Origin: Patescibacteria group bacterium
GTDB lineage: Bacteria; Patescibacteriota; WWE3; UBA101185; UBA10185
DNA: 64,000 nucleotides
Assembly: GCA_018825365.1 (NCBI GenBank)
Contig: JAHJEV010000003.1
Coordinates: forward strand, 317,387 to 381,386
Reading direction: 5' to 3'
The translations under genes and the position numbers were made by a program. The first letter of the stretch is position 1; the number at the start of each line of letters is the position of its first letter. The notes beneath the pieces are model-generated. The model saw only the letters and a program-made list of their open reading frames with translations. It was not told the DNA's origin and made no database searches. This document shows positions 33,213 to 42,348 of this stretch, piece after piece.

Positions 33213-34189
33213 TATTTAACAATCAAATAATTAGAACCTAGCCTTCTGAAAGCCTCGATAATTGATTTTAGCTCTTTAGACGAAGTTTTTGCTAATAGTA
33301 AGTTAAGTGTCTCCTTACCTGTGCTATTGAGAGTCATCAGAAAAGCTTTTCCCTCTACGGGAATACTTGGTTTAATAGATGCAAAATTAGGATTAAGACC
33401 TAAACTTTTGGTTAAACCATCTTTGGAGGATGTCACCTCAGTCATAAGAATCTGACTTTCCGAAACTACCAAAGCATCCTCAATTTTTTGAATCTTCCAC
33501 CCCGCATAATCCTTTATTTTCAGATCGGGGTTTGTTGGAAAGAAAATAAACACCATACTATTAACACCTTCAGTGTTTTTTGCAAAAAAGGAATAGCTCG
33601 TACCAAGATCTTTAGCATTATCTATAACAAAAGATGAAAAACCTATCCCTAAAAATCCAAAATATGATTCTACTAAATCCACACCGTTGAAATTTGCATA
33701 TAAATCCACGTCATAAGGAACAAACTCGGCCGCTTTTTTATCAACAAACGGGCCGTTTACTATAGAAGTCTCCAAATATACTGTGTTTTTATTGTCAGTT
33801 TCTTTGGTCTGTGTGTTAACACTCTGCGAAGTTTGCTTGACTGGCCCTTCCTCAACTTTTTTAGGAAACACCTGCATAGTTAAGTAATAAAAACAAACCG
33901 TAAGTCCGACTAATACTACCGACAATGCTAGAAAAATTTTTAAATTGGCAAATGTTAAGATTTTCGGAATAGTTTTCTCAACGGACTTTTTTACGGCCGA
34001 ACCAACTCCAACTTTAGGCTTTATTTCATAAACATCCCTTGGAGAATAATCTTTTAACTGAAGGTTTTCGGGTAGCACACTCCCGCACTTAGAACAAAAG
34101 TAAATATCGTTTCTATGAAGCTCAAGCTTACAAAAAGGGCAGATTCTTTTCATTACCATTATTATATTGATTGAAGACCTAACCAACAA
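33212..34189 (-). CDS. Hypothetical single-pass membrane protein with N-terminal zinc ribbon
   Basis: CPFC...CSKCG pair, one TM segment; start uncertain. Confidence 0.7.
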   Translation of the reverse strand: MLVRSSINIIMVMKRICPFCKLELHRNDIYFCSKCGSVLPENLQLKDYSPRDVYEIKPKVGVGSAVKKSVEKTIPKILTFANLKIFLALSVVLVGLTVCFYYLTMQVFPKKVEEGPVKQTSQSVNTQTKETDNKNTVYLETSIVNGPFVDKKAAEFVPYDVDLYANFNGVDLVESYFGFLGIGFSSFVIDNAKDLGTSYSFFAKNTEGVNSMVFIFFPTNPDLKIKDYAGWKIQKIEDALVVSESQILMTEVTSSKDGLTKSLGLNPNFASIKPSIPVEGKAFLMTLNSTGKETLNLLLAKTSSKELKSIIEAFRRLGSNYLIVK

Positions 34190-34204
34190 GCATAACTGCT
34201 TGGT

Positions 34205-36427
34205 TTACCTTCTTCCGCCTCTGTCAAAAGTGCCTCTTCTACCTCCGGCTCTGTCATTCCCACCTCTAAAACCGCCATTTCTTGGTCTTGCGGGTCTTTC
34301 ATTTGCAACATAATTTGGATCTTCAACAGCTCTTTTTGATAGACTGAATTTTCCGTTCTCGCCTGTTTCGATTACTTTCACTTTGACGGCGTCACCTATC
34401 TTTAAGTAATCCTCAACATTTTTGACATATGTATCTGCAATCTCACTCACATGCAAAAGTCCTACTTTTCCCGGTAAAACTTCAACCAAAGCTCCGAAAT
34501 CAAGCAAGTCTTTAACTGTTCCGTCGTAAACTTCTCCAACTTTAACGTCTTTTGTTAATGCTTCAACTATCTTTAGGGCCTTTTCAGCCTTTTCCTTATC
34601 AGGGGATGAAACTACAACCTTTCCGGTATCTTCAATTGATATCTCGGTCCCAGTTTTTTCCTGAATTTCTTTAATAGTTTTTCCTCCGGTTCCTATAATC
34701 ACACCAATTTTTGAAGGGTCAATCATTATAGTCAGCATCTTTGGAGCATACTTGGAAACTTCCTCTCTTGGAGAACTTATCGCCTTTTGCATTTCACCCA
34801 GGATGTGCATTCTTCCCTCTTTTGACTGATCAAAAATTTCTGAAAGAAGTTCCATGGGAATACCTTTTGCTTTTATGTCGCACTGAATTGCCGTAACACC
34901 GTCCTTAGTTCCAGCTATTTTTAAATCCATAAATCCACCGGCATCTTCTTCACCGGCAAGGTCAGTTAGGATTTTGTACTTCTTAAACGTTTCATCCTCA
35001 ACAATAAGTCCCATTGCGATACCGCTTACAACATCCTTGATAGGAACACCTGCGTCCATCAACGCAAGGGCAGAGCCACAAGTCGCTGCCATGGAGGAAG
35101 AGCCATTTGAAGATATGATTTCTGAAACAAGCATTATTGTGTATGGAAACTCCTCCTGGTCCGGAATTACCGGTCTTAAAGCCTTTTCCGCAATCATTCC
35201 GTGACCTATTTCTCTTGCTCCGGGTGCTCCAAATCTGCCAACCTCACCGACAGAGTATGGGGGGAAGTTGTAATAGTGAAGGTATCTTTTATTTTTCTCA
35301 CCGTACATATCCTGAATTAAAAGTTCATCCGACGGAGATCCAAGAGTACAGATTGTTAAAGACTGTGTTTCACCTCTTGTGAAAAGGGCACTTCCGTGTG
35401 TTCTTGGTAAAACTCCAACCTTAATAGAAATTGGTCTAACTTCCGTGGTTTTTCTTCCGTCAATTCTTTTTCCTTCATCCAAAACTATTTTTCTTACAAC
35501 TTCTTTTTTAATGTTCTCAAAAGCAAGTTCCATATCTACTTTTTTGTATGTTCCTTCGAATTTTTCAAACATCTCCTCTCTTACTTCCCAAAGCTCATCG
35601 TTAATATCCTGTTTTCCGTCATCTTTTCCTTTGGATCTCATTATTTTCTCTACCTTTTCACCAACTAAAGCTTGAATTTCATTCATTGTCTCCTCAGATA
35701 GTGCTTTTGATTTGTATTCATATTTTTTATTTTCCGGATTTACTTCTTTAACAAAATCTTCAATAAGTTTTAGAAGGGGTTTTACACCGTCTCGAGCAAA
35801 GTTTATAGCTTCAAGTATTTTTTCCTCAGGAAGTATGTTAGCCTCAACTTCTGCGGCAAGAAATTTTTGATCCTCGCCTGAGAATGAAACCATCATGTCC
35901 AAATCGCTTTCTTCTTCAAGCTGTTTTAGGGTTGGGCACATCACAAGCTCCCCATTTATCAAGCCAATTCTCGCAGTTATCATATGGTGGTACCAAGGGA
36001 CATCGCTCGCTTGCAAACACGCGGAGGATGCAATCATACTTAAAAACTCGGGGTCGGCTTCTTCATCCAAGGATAAAACCATAACAACAAGCTGAACCTC
36101 ATCCATGTAATCCTTGGGAAATAGCGGTCTTATTGCGTGATCTACAGTTCTTCTGGCGATAATCGCATCATCAGTAGCCCGTCCTTCTCTTTTTACAAAC
36201 CTTGAGCTTTTTATGCTGCCACTTGCATAAAGCTTTTCTTCATACTGAACTCTCAAACCCAAAAAATCCGTGTCAATAGTGGGCTCACCAGATACAACTG
36301 TAACTAACAAAACCGAATCGCCATAAGTTGCCTTGACTGCCATATTGGCGCGCAAAGCTAACTCTCCGGTTTCAAGGACTAACTTTTTACCGGCGAAATC
36401 TATTTCTTTTCTTATAATTTTATTCAT
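34205..36427 (-). CDS. pnp: Polyribonucleotide nucleotidyltransferase (PNPase)
   Basis: HGSALFTRGETQ, SNGSSSMA, KH (IG.GGK.I) and S1 domains. Confidence 0.98.
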   Translation of the reverse strand: MNKIIRKEIDFAGKKLVLETGELALRANMAVKATYGDSVLLVTVVSGEPTIDTDFLGLRVQYEEKLYASGSIKSSRFVKREGRATDDAIIARRTVDHAIRPLFPKDYMDEVQLVVMVLSLDEEADPEFLSMIASSACLQASDVPWYHHMITARIGLINGELVMCPTLKQLEEESDLDMMVSFSGEDQKFLAAEVEANILPEEKILEAINFARDGVKPLLKLIEDFVKEVNPENKKYEYKSKALSEETMNEIQALVGEKVEKIMRSKGKDDGKQDINDELWEVREEMFEKFEGTYKKVDMELAFENIKKEVVRKIVLDEGKRIDGRKTTEVRPISIKVGVLPRTHGSALFTRGETQSLTICTLGSPSDELLIQDMYGEKNKRYLHYYNFPPYSVGEVGRFGAPGAREIGHGMIAEKALRPVIPDQEEFPYTIMLVSEIISSNGSSSMAATCGSALALMDAGVPIKDVVSGIAMGLIVEDETFKKYKILTDLAGEEDAGGFMDLKIAGTKDGVTAIQCDIKAKGIPMELLSEIFDQSKEGRMHILGEMQKAISSPREEVSKYAPKMLTIMIDPSKIGVIIGTGGKTIKEIQEKTGTEISIEDTGKVVVSSPDKEKAEKALKIVEALTKDVKVGEVYDGTVKDLLDFGALVEVLPGKVGLLHVSEIADTYVKNVEDYLKIGDAVKVKVIETGENGKFSLSKRAVEDPNYVANERPARPRNGGFRGGNDRAGGRRGTFDRGGRR

Positions 36428-36456
36428 TTTTCTTCTTTTTATGGGGATTTATCAAG

Positions 36457-36516
36457 AGGATTAAGACTCAAGATACTGTGCACTTCCTTATGCAAAATAT
36501 CTCACTTCCTAACCCC
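36457..36516 (-). promoter_or_regulatory. Long hairpin in the pnp 5' leader
   Basis: Minus-strand RNA GGGGUUAGGA/UCUUAAUCCU, GAGAUAU/GUAUCUU and UGCA/UGCA nested stems with G-U pairs. Confidence 0.6.
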
Positions 36517-36557
36517 GTTTAATATTTCCTCAATTAATAAATATTTACGGATTATCC

Positions 36558-36827
36558 TTACTTGGACAACTCTAACTTTTCAACTAGTGAGCCGTACCTC
36601 TCCTCATCTTTTCTTTTCAAGTAAGACAAAAGCCTTCTTCTTTTGTTTACCATCTGAAGCAAACCTCTTCTTGAATGGTTATCTTTCTTATGAAGCTTCA
36701 AATGGTCAGATAGTTTAACAATTTTCTCACTTAACAAAGCCACCTGAACCTCTGGGGATCCTGTGTCAGCCTCATGAAGTCGGCTTGATTTTATGATCTG
36801 TACCTTCTTTTCCTTGATTAGAGCCAT
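36558..36827 (-). CDS. rpsO: 30S ribosomal protein S15
   Basis: [23 protein letters not shown]. Confidence 0.99.
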   Translation of the reverse strand: MALIKEKKVQIIKSSRLHEADTGSPEVQVALLSEKIVKLSDHLKLHKKDNHSRRGLLQMVNKRRRLLSYLKRKDEERYGSLVEKLELSK

Positions 36828-36872
36828 AATTAACTAAAAAATACTAGCAAAAACCCGAAAAAAATGCAAGGG

Positions 36873-37523
36873 TTAGATGCCCTTCCTGCTTGTAATTCCC
36901 CTAAGCAAGGCTTCCGCAGCCTTCTCGTTGACCCTTAAGTTCCATCTTAAGGATTTTTCTAAAACAAGCAGACTTAAACTATTTACATTAGAATCAATAA
37001 TATTGATAGTTCCAAATCTTTGGTTTCTCTCTGTATTATCAAGATTTAATATATCTGATTTTGCGAAATCTTCGTAAAGTTCGCTGTATGTTTGACCAAA
37101 ATCCTCCGGCATTTGGGCACCGATTGTGATTATCGTGTCAAAATTAAAACCTCTAACTACTGGCATTACTCGGGCAAGATCAAAATCCTTACTAATTGGG
37201 GCAACTGTTAGGTATAAAACATTGTTTTCGGTTGAGTAATGAACCTTTGAGGCATCTGTTCCGGAATAATCAACGGAAACCAAAAGTTCTCTTCCCGTGA
37301 CATTTGAAGTAATATCAACATCTTTAAGGTCGCCAAATTCCTCTGGTCTAGAGCCCGGATAAACTATAGTTACATTCTTGTTTTCTTCTCTAAGCATGTG
37401 AAAAAGACCGAGTGCTGATGCGAACGCGTCAACACCCGCAATTTTTGAAGGTACAATGGCAATACTTTTTGCCCCATGGATAAGATCTATTATTTGACTT
37501 GTTTTATCAACTTCATTATTCAT
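36873..37523 (-). CDS. Degenerate DHH-family (NrnA-like) protein, N-domain only
   Basis: DA..SAL.L, D.II..G and ILNLDN (DHH position) pattern; downstream of infB. Confidence 0.6.
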   Translation of the reverse strand: MNNEVDKTSQIIDLIHGAKSIAIVPSKIAGVDAFASALGLFHMLREENKNVTIVYPGSRPEEFGDLKDVDITSNVTGRELLVSVDYSGTDASKVHYSTENNVLYLTVAPISKDFDLARVMPVVRGFNFDTIITIGAQMPEDFGQTYSELYEDFAKSDILNLDNTERNQRFGTINIIDSNVNSLSLLVLEKSLRWNLRVNEKAAEALLRGITSRKGI

Positions 37524-37631
37524 ATAAATTTAGTTGGCAGGGATACTTTAAGCGAGAGTTTACTATCGTATCAGAATCACAGGGATTCTACAACATAGAC
37601 CCTATAGTGTCAAGGAGAAACGGATATTGGA

Positions 37632-39122
37632 TTAAAGCACTTCCAGGTACATTTCTTCTGCAATTTCATTGTACTGGGGTTTTAGCAGCACACCGCACTC
37701 ATTGTCTTTACCTACCACATCGGTATCATCTTTACCTTTTTTAAGTTTTTTAACCGCTGCGTAAAAGAGTGGTTCGTCCTCTTTTGTTAGATCAGCTGGG
37801 TTTTTATCATATATTGCAACCCTGGATTTTACCTTTAAAGCTCCGGCTAAAACCTTGCAACCAATGACAATATCCCCAGATTTCAGTTTGAAAAGTTTGA
37901 CAACCTTCGCTCTACCCTTAATTTTTGACGTTTCCGTGGTTGCAGTTCCTTCAATAAGCTTTTCTACATCATCAATAAGTTCATAAATGGTTCTATAAGA
38001 CCTGACTAAAACGCCTGAGGATTCCGCTAAATCTTCAACTGCAGCCGGAATTCTTACGTCAAATCCTATTACAACACCCTTTCCTCCTTGAGCCAGCATC
38101 ACATCAGACTCATTCATGTCCCCAGTTCCAGTGTGTAAAAACTTTAATGCATAAGTAGTTTCGGCCGATGACGTAACCAAATCAGCCAGACTGCCCTTAA
38201 CGGCCTCCAAAGTTCCCTGAGTATCAGCTTTTAATACCACGGAGATGGTTCTTTTTGCGTCTTTTCCGATAATTTCAACCTTATCCTCGTCAATTGCAAG
38301 TTCGGCAAGTTCACTTCCTTTTGCTAAAATCAAATCTCCAACATGTGGAACCTTACTAAATCCCAGTATTTCAACAGGATCAGAAGGTCCTGCCTGTTTA
38401 ACAAGATTTCCTTCATCGTCAGATAAAGACTTTACTTTTGCTTCACATCCGGAAGCAGAAACCCTGTCCCCGAGCCTTAAAGTCCCATTTCTAACAATAC
38501 ATGAGACCACAACACCTTTTTTTCTATCCAAGCGAGATTCAATAACAACAGCTTCAAGATCTCCGTTTGGGTCTCCCTTAAGACTTAACATCTCCGAAAG
38601 TGCGATTATTGCGTCCAAAAGCGTATCTACACCCTCACCTGTCTTGGCAGAAAGTTCAACTGATAGCTCATTCCCACCCCAATCTTCCACCAAGACACTC
38701 TCTAAAGATAATTCTTGCTTAACTTTTCTTGAATCCGCCCCTGGTTTATCTATTTTATTTATTGCAACGATGATTGGAGCTTGGGCTGCCTTAATATGAG
38801 AAATTGCCTCTTTGGTCTGAGGCTTAACTCCTTCATCCGCAGCCACAACCAAAACGACGATGTCTGCGGCCTTTCCGCCTCTTGCTCTCATTTGTGTAAA
38901 AGCAGCGTGTCCGGGTGTATCAATAAAAGTTATTTTTTTATTTTTATGGGTAATTTGATAGGCACCTATATGTTGAGTTATACCACCATATTCTTTTTCG
39001 GTGAGGTTTGTTTTCCTTATAGCATCAAGTATGCTTGTTTTACCATGGTCGACGTGCCCCATAATCGTGACAATCGGAGCTCTGATATTTTTTTCACTTG
39101 TGTTTTTCTTAGTATTAACCAT
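37632..39122 (-). CDS. infB: Translation initiation factor IF-2, short form without N-terminal domains
   Basis: [37 protein letters not shown]. Confidence 0.97.
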   Translation of the reverse strand: MVNTKKNTSEKNIRAPIVTIMGHVDHGKTSILDAIRKTNLTEKEYGGITQHIGAYQITHKNKKITFIDTPGHAAFTQMRARGGKAADIVVLVVAADEGVKPQTKEAISHIKAAQAPIIVAINKIDKPGADSRKVKQELSLESVLVEDWGGNELSVELSAKTGEGVDTLLDAIIALSEMLSLKGDPNGDLEAVVIESRLDRKKGVVVSCIVRNGTLRLGDRVSASGCEAKVKSLSDDEGNLVKQAGPSDPVEILGFSKVPHVGDLILAKGSELAELAIDEDKVEIIGKDAKRTISVVLKADTQGTLEAVKGSLADLVTSSAETTYALKFLHTGTGDMNESDVMLAQGGKGVVIGFDVRIPAAVEDLAESSGVLVRSYRTIYELIDDVEKLIEGTATTETSKIKGRAKVVKLFKLKSGDIVIGCKVLAGALKVKSRVAIYDKNPADLTKEDEPLFYAAVKKLKKGKDDTDVVGKDNECGVLLKPQYNEIAEEMYLEVL

Positions 39123-39177
39123 GTCTTCTTTTTTATTTTGGCAGTCATTAATTTAAATATATTAAAACTGCGTCTCA

Positions 39178-40389
39178 TTACTCTTTGTCCGCAACTTGTT
39201 TTGCAGCGGCAGTTTCATCAGATTTAGAAGCCTCTTCTTCTGCTGGTTCCTCTATTGGTTCTTCCGTCTTTTCCATTGCGGCTTCGACTGCGGCCTTCTC
39301 TTCGGCTTTAGCTTGCTTTTTTACTTCCTCAGCATCATTGAATTTCTTTATTTCAGCATCCCAGACTCCGACAACCTTGTCACTTGTCGATTCCCTAACC
39401 GAGCCACCTTGTACAGCATCGCTTGAAAATACACCAGCAATTCCCTTAATATCGATCTTCCATTTAGTAAGTTTATTAGCTAATCTTGCGTTTTGGCCTT
39501 CTTTTCCGATTGCCAAGCTTTGCTGATCTTCAGGAACAGTAACTGTTGCTCTCTTCTCTGCCTGATCAAGCTCAACTTCTGATACTTTTGCGGGTGACAA
39601 ACTGGAAGCAACAAATTTTTCGGTGTTGTTTGAAAATGGAACAATGTCAATCTTTTCTCCAAAAAGCTCTGAAATTATTGACTGAACTCTTACACCTTTT
39701 TGTCCCACACAGCTTCCAACCGGATCAACCTTTTCATCTTTTGAAGAAACGGCCATTTTAGTCCTGGAACCGGCCTCTCTTGCTATTGCTTCTATAACGA
39801 CAACTCCGGAGGCAATTTCAGGAACTTCCTGCTCAAAAAGTCTCACAATAAATTTTGGATCTGCCCTTGATACGATTATCTCAGTTCCCCTCGGAGTATC
39901 TTGAATATCTTTAACCAAAACCTTAAGTCTCTGATTCATTCTGTAATTTTCGGCAGGAACCTGCTCGCCTCTTGGCATCACACCCTGGCTTCTGTTTTTG
40001 CCCATATCCAAGGTTATAATTCCCTTTTCCATTCTAAATACTATTCCAGTTACTATCTGACCTATTTTTTCTTTAAATTCCGCCGTGACAACGTCCTTTT
40101 CTGTTTCTCTGATCTTTTGAACCATTACTTGTTTAGCAGTTTGGGCCGCTATTCTTCCAAAACCGGACGGAGTTACGTCCATTCCGTCTTTTAATATTCT
40201 TACCTCACCTGTATCGGGGTTTAGATCCACAATAATTTCCTCAAGTTCAACTACTTCTCCAATTTCTTTTCTATCTTTTTTATATGCTGTAGCTAAAGCT
40301 GATTTAACCGATTCAAGAACACTTTCTACAGTTATTCCTTTTTCGGCTGCAACCTGACTTATCGCTGCATTAAATTCTGACATTGCCAT
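39178..40389 (-). CDS. nusA: Transcription termination factor NusA
   Basis: FGRIAAQTAKQ, EVPEI, DPVGSCVG, AIGKEGQN. Confidence 0.98.
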   Translation of the reverse strand: MAMSEFNAAISQVAAEKGITVESVLESVKSALATAYKKDRKEIGEVVELEEIIVDLNPDTGEVRILKDGMDVTPSGFGRIAAQTAKQVMVQKIRETEKDVVTAEFKEKIGQIVTGIVFRMEKGIITLDMGKNRSQGVMPRGEQVPAENYRMNQRLKVLVKDIQDTPRGTEIIVSRADPKFIVRLFEQEVPEIASGVVVIEAIAREAGSRTKMAVSSKDEKVDPVGSCVGQKGVRVQSIISELFGEKIDIVPFSNNTEKFVASSLSPAKVSEVELDQAEKRATVTVPEDQQSLAIGKEGQNARLANKLTKWKIDIKGIAGVFSSDAVQGGSVRESTSDKVVGVWDAEIKKFNDAEEVKKQAKAEEKAAVEAAMEKTEEPIEEPAEEEASKSDETAAAKQVADKE

Positions 40390-40432
40390 ATTTTTCTACT
40401 CCTAAAACTTATAAACGTTGTAGTAAATTATT

Positions 40433-40456
40433 AAAAAAAGTGGGACCGGCCCACTT
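40433..40456 (-). terminator. Leader attenuator upstream of nusA (rimP-leader-like hairpin)
   Basis: Minus strand AAGTGGG-ccggt-CCCACTT-TTTTT between promoter and nusA. Confidence 0.65.
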
Positions 40457-40505
40457 GCAACAACTTTATTTCTTTACTACTTCGTTAACTTCTTACAACA
40501 ATAGG

Positions 40506-40534
40506 ATACTATACCCTTGACAAAGCGGGGTCAA
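40506..40534 (-). promoter_or_regulatory. sigma70-type promoter of nusA operon
   Basis: TTGACC-17 nt-TAGTAT. Confidence 0.6.
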
Positions 40535-40578
40535 CTAGCGGTATTTTGCTGACTTAGATCCTTTTTTCTTATCCGGGC

Positions 40579-41571
40579 TTATAAGTGAGATACTAACCTT
40601 GCAACCTCTTGTCGCAATCTATAAGTATTCCCATGAGAAATAAGCCCCAAATAAGATTGAGTGGTCTCCTTGTCACCGCCCTTATACACAATATTTCTAA
40701 ACATCCGCCTTTTAGTAGATGTCCTTAAAATTCTGCGATCGGGAAAGTGCACCCAACCGAGAAAGTCAATCCCAGACGCTACTGTTCTTAGCAGAGTTTT
40801 GTCTTCGTGAAGTTCCAAACGAAGGATTTCCCATAGAAATTCTTTGATCATGGGTAAAAGTCCTGCAAGTTCATTCTTATCGTGTGACATAAAAACAAAA
40901 TCATCTGCATAACGGAGATAAAACTTTACTTTCAAAACATGCTTAACGAATATATCAAATTTATTCATATAAATATTTGCAAAAAGCTGAGATGTGAGAT
41001 TTCCCAAAGGAATGCCTTTATTACCACCCGGGTCAAAACTATTAATAACCTCAGAAAGAACCCAAATAAGATTGTCATCTAAAATCGACTCTCTAAGCAT
41101 GCCAATAAGAATATCGTGGTCTATCGATGCAAAAAACTTCTTTATGTCACACTTTAGAACCCAGACGGTTTTTGTATTATTTTTTGAAACCTTAAAAGAA
41201 AACTTACAAAATCTATTAAGTGCGGCATGTAAACCTTTATCTATGCGACAGGAATAAGAATCAGCTATAAATTTTCTATCAAAGAATAGATAAAGTGTTC
41301 TATACAAAGCGTGGTGAAATAATCTATCCCTAACGGTAGCTTTATGAATAACTCTTGGCTTTGGATCGGAGATTTTAAATACCGTATATTTTGAGTGCTT
41401 ATAACTTTTGGTTTCCAAATCTTCATGTAGCTGAAGTATGTTTCCCATTAAGTTGCGTTCAAAAACCTGTACATCTTTTCTTGAACGCTTGCCATTCCTA
41501 AATTCCTTCCAAGCGACAAGAAGATTATCAAGAGAAATGATATCCTGATATTTATGAGTGAATTTAATCAT
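40579..41571 (-). CDS. DGR reverse transcriptase
   Basis: KPR.I...DR..HHAL, SYSCR..KG.H.A, LKCDIKKFFASIDH, GIPLGNLTSQ (DGR-type SQ), RYADD, GIDFLG. Confidence 0.96.
   Translation of the reverse strand: MIKFTHKYQDIISLDNLLVAWKEFRNGKRSRKDVQVFERNLMGNILQLHEDLETKSYKHSKYTVFKISDPKPRVIHKATVRDRLFHHALYRTLYLFFDRKFIADSYSCRIDKGLHAALNRFCKFSFKVSKNNTKTVWVLKCDIKKFFASIDHDILIGMLRESILDDNLIWVLSEVINSFDPGGNKGIPLGNLTSQLFANIYMNKFDIFVKHVLKVKFYLRYADDFVFMSHDKNELAGLLPMIKEFLWEILRLELHEDKTLLRTVASGIDFLGWVHFPDRRILRTSTKRRMFRNIVYKGGDKETTQSYLGLISHGNTYRLRQEVARLVSHL
41538..41546 (+). promoter_or_regulatory. Extended -10 (TGaTATCCT) 7 nt before ATG 41554; probable leaderless avd promoter inside RT
   Basis: Same TGnTAnnnT-N6-7-ATG layout as dnaJ, ftsK, recJ and tnpA in this window. 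Confidence 0.55.
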
Positions 41572-41978
41572 AAGTACATTACCCCCCCCCAGTCCAGCCC
41601 TCGTCTAAAAGTAACACGAATCTGTTACCGATAATAAAGCATGCTAAAGACATCTATTTGGTGTGGTTTGGATATTTTCAAAAGCTTCCCAAAATACATA
41701 GGTATACTCTTGGACTCAGAATTGATAATTTGTTTGTAGAAATTATCGAAAACCTATCTTCCGCAAGCTTTTCAAAATCCTTAGAAAAACAAGACTTTAT
41801 AAATCTAACAATAAGAAAAAATGATACATTAAAAATTCTTGTGATGGTTCTTTGGGAGACAAAATCCATTGATGACAAAAAATATATTCTCCTGTCTGAA
41901 CAGTTGGATAAAATAGGTAAAATGCTCGGTGGCTGGATGTTACATTTGCAAAAACAAAACTCTCCCGGCAAAAGCTAG
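41554..41978 (+). CDS. avd: Avd accessory variability determinant (four-helix bundle); 5' end split from body by a -1 frame change at C9 tract (ORF track shows only 41658-41978)
   Basis: Body frame reads LLPIIKHAKDIYLVW..FQKLPKIHRYTLG.RID...IGKMLGGW (Avd pattern); no in-frame ATG upstream of 41658 after TAA at 41571; ATG 41554 is in another frame. Confidence 0.88.
41582..41590. repeat. C9/G9 homopolymer between RT start and avd body
   Basis: accccccccc at 41581-41590. Confidence 0.95.
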
Positions 41979-41983
41979 GAGAG
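41960..41983. other. Hairpin in the spacer just 3' of TR (overlaps avd stop)
   Basis: CTCTCCCGGC-AAAA-GCTAGGAGAG. Confidence 0.55.
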
Positions 41984-41997
41984 AAATGAGAGGACTG

Positions 41998-42123
41998 GCG
42001 ACGAACAAAAACGAAGCGGTTGTTAGCATTCCAGAAGTTGTCGGGCTTACCATAGTAAGCGTAAAGCCAACGATCATCGTCATTGCGCTTGACGTCGAAT
42101 AGGTTCAGATCACCATCGGAGTC
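41998..42123 (-). repeat. DGR template repeat (TR), 126 bp
   Basis: Aligns ungapped to 42479-42604; non-coding; 28 adenines on minus strand, many AAY codons. Confidence 0.96.
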
Positions 42124-42348
42124 GTTACGTACAAAGTACCTTCTATACCACCACTTTTTGATTGCTCTTAAAGTTGAATCTTATTTGTGAACTAAATTCC
42201 CCCGGTACTCTGCACCAAGTATCCTCATTTTTTAAAGTTTAATACACCACTCTAACTTAAACCGTAATTTAAATTATTCCGGGTGTACGGACACTGGATT
42301 CGGTAGCAAAAACCTTAGTTGTTTGCGTATTCACCTAATACCAGTCTT

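Noticed and set aside
40579-41571. RT as a group II intron, retron or CRISPR-associated RT
   Set aside because: It is short (330 aa), has no maturase or endonuclease extension, has the GNLTSQ motif, and sits next to avd and an adenine-specific TR/VR pair; no cas genes or array are present
41678-41971. 97-aa minus-strand ORF co-oriented with TR and RT
   Set aside because: It is the antisense shadow of avd; the plus-strand frame carries the recognisable Avd motifs
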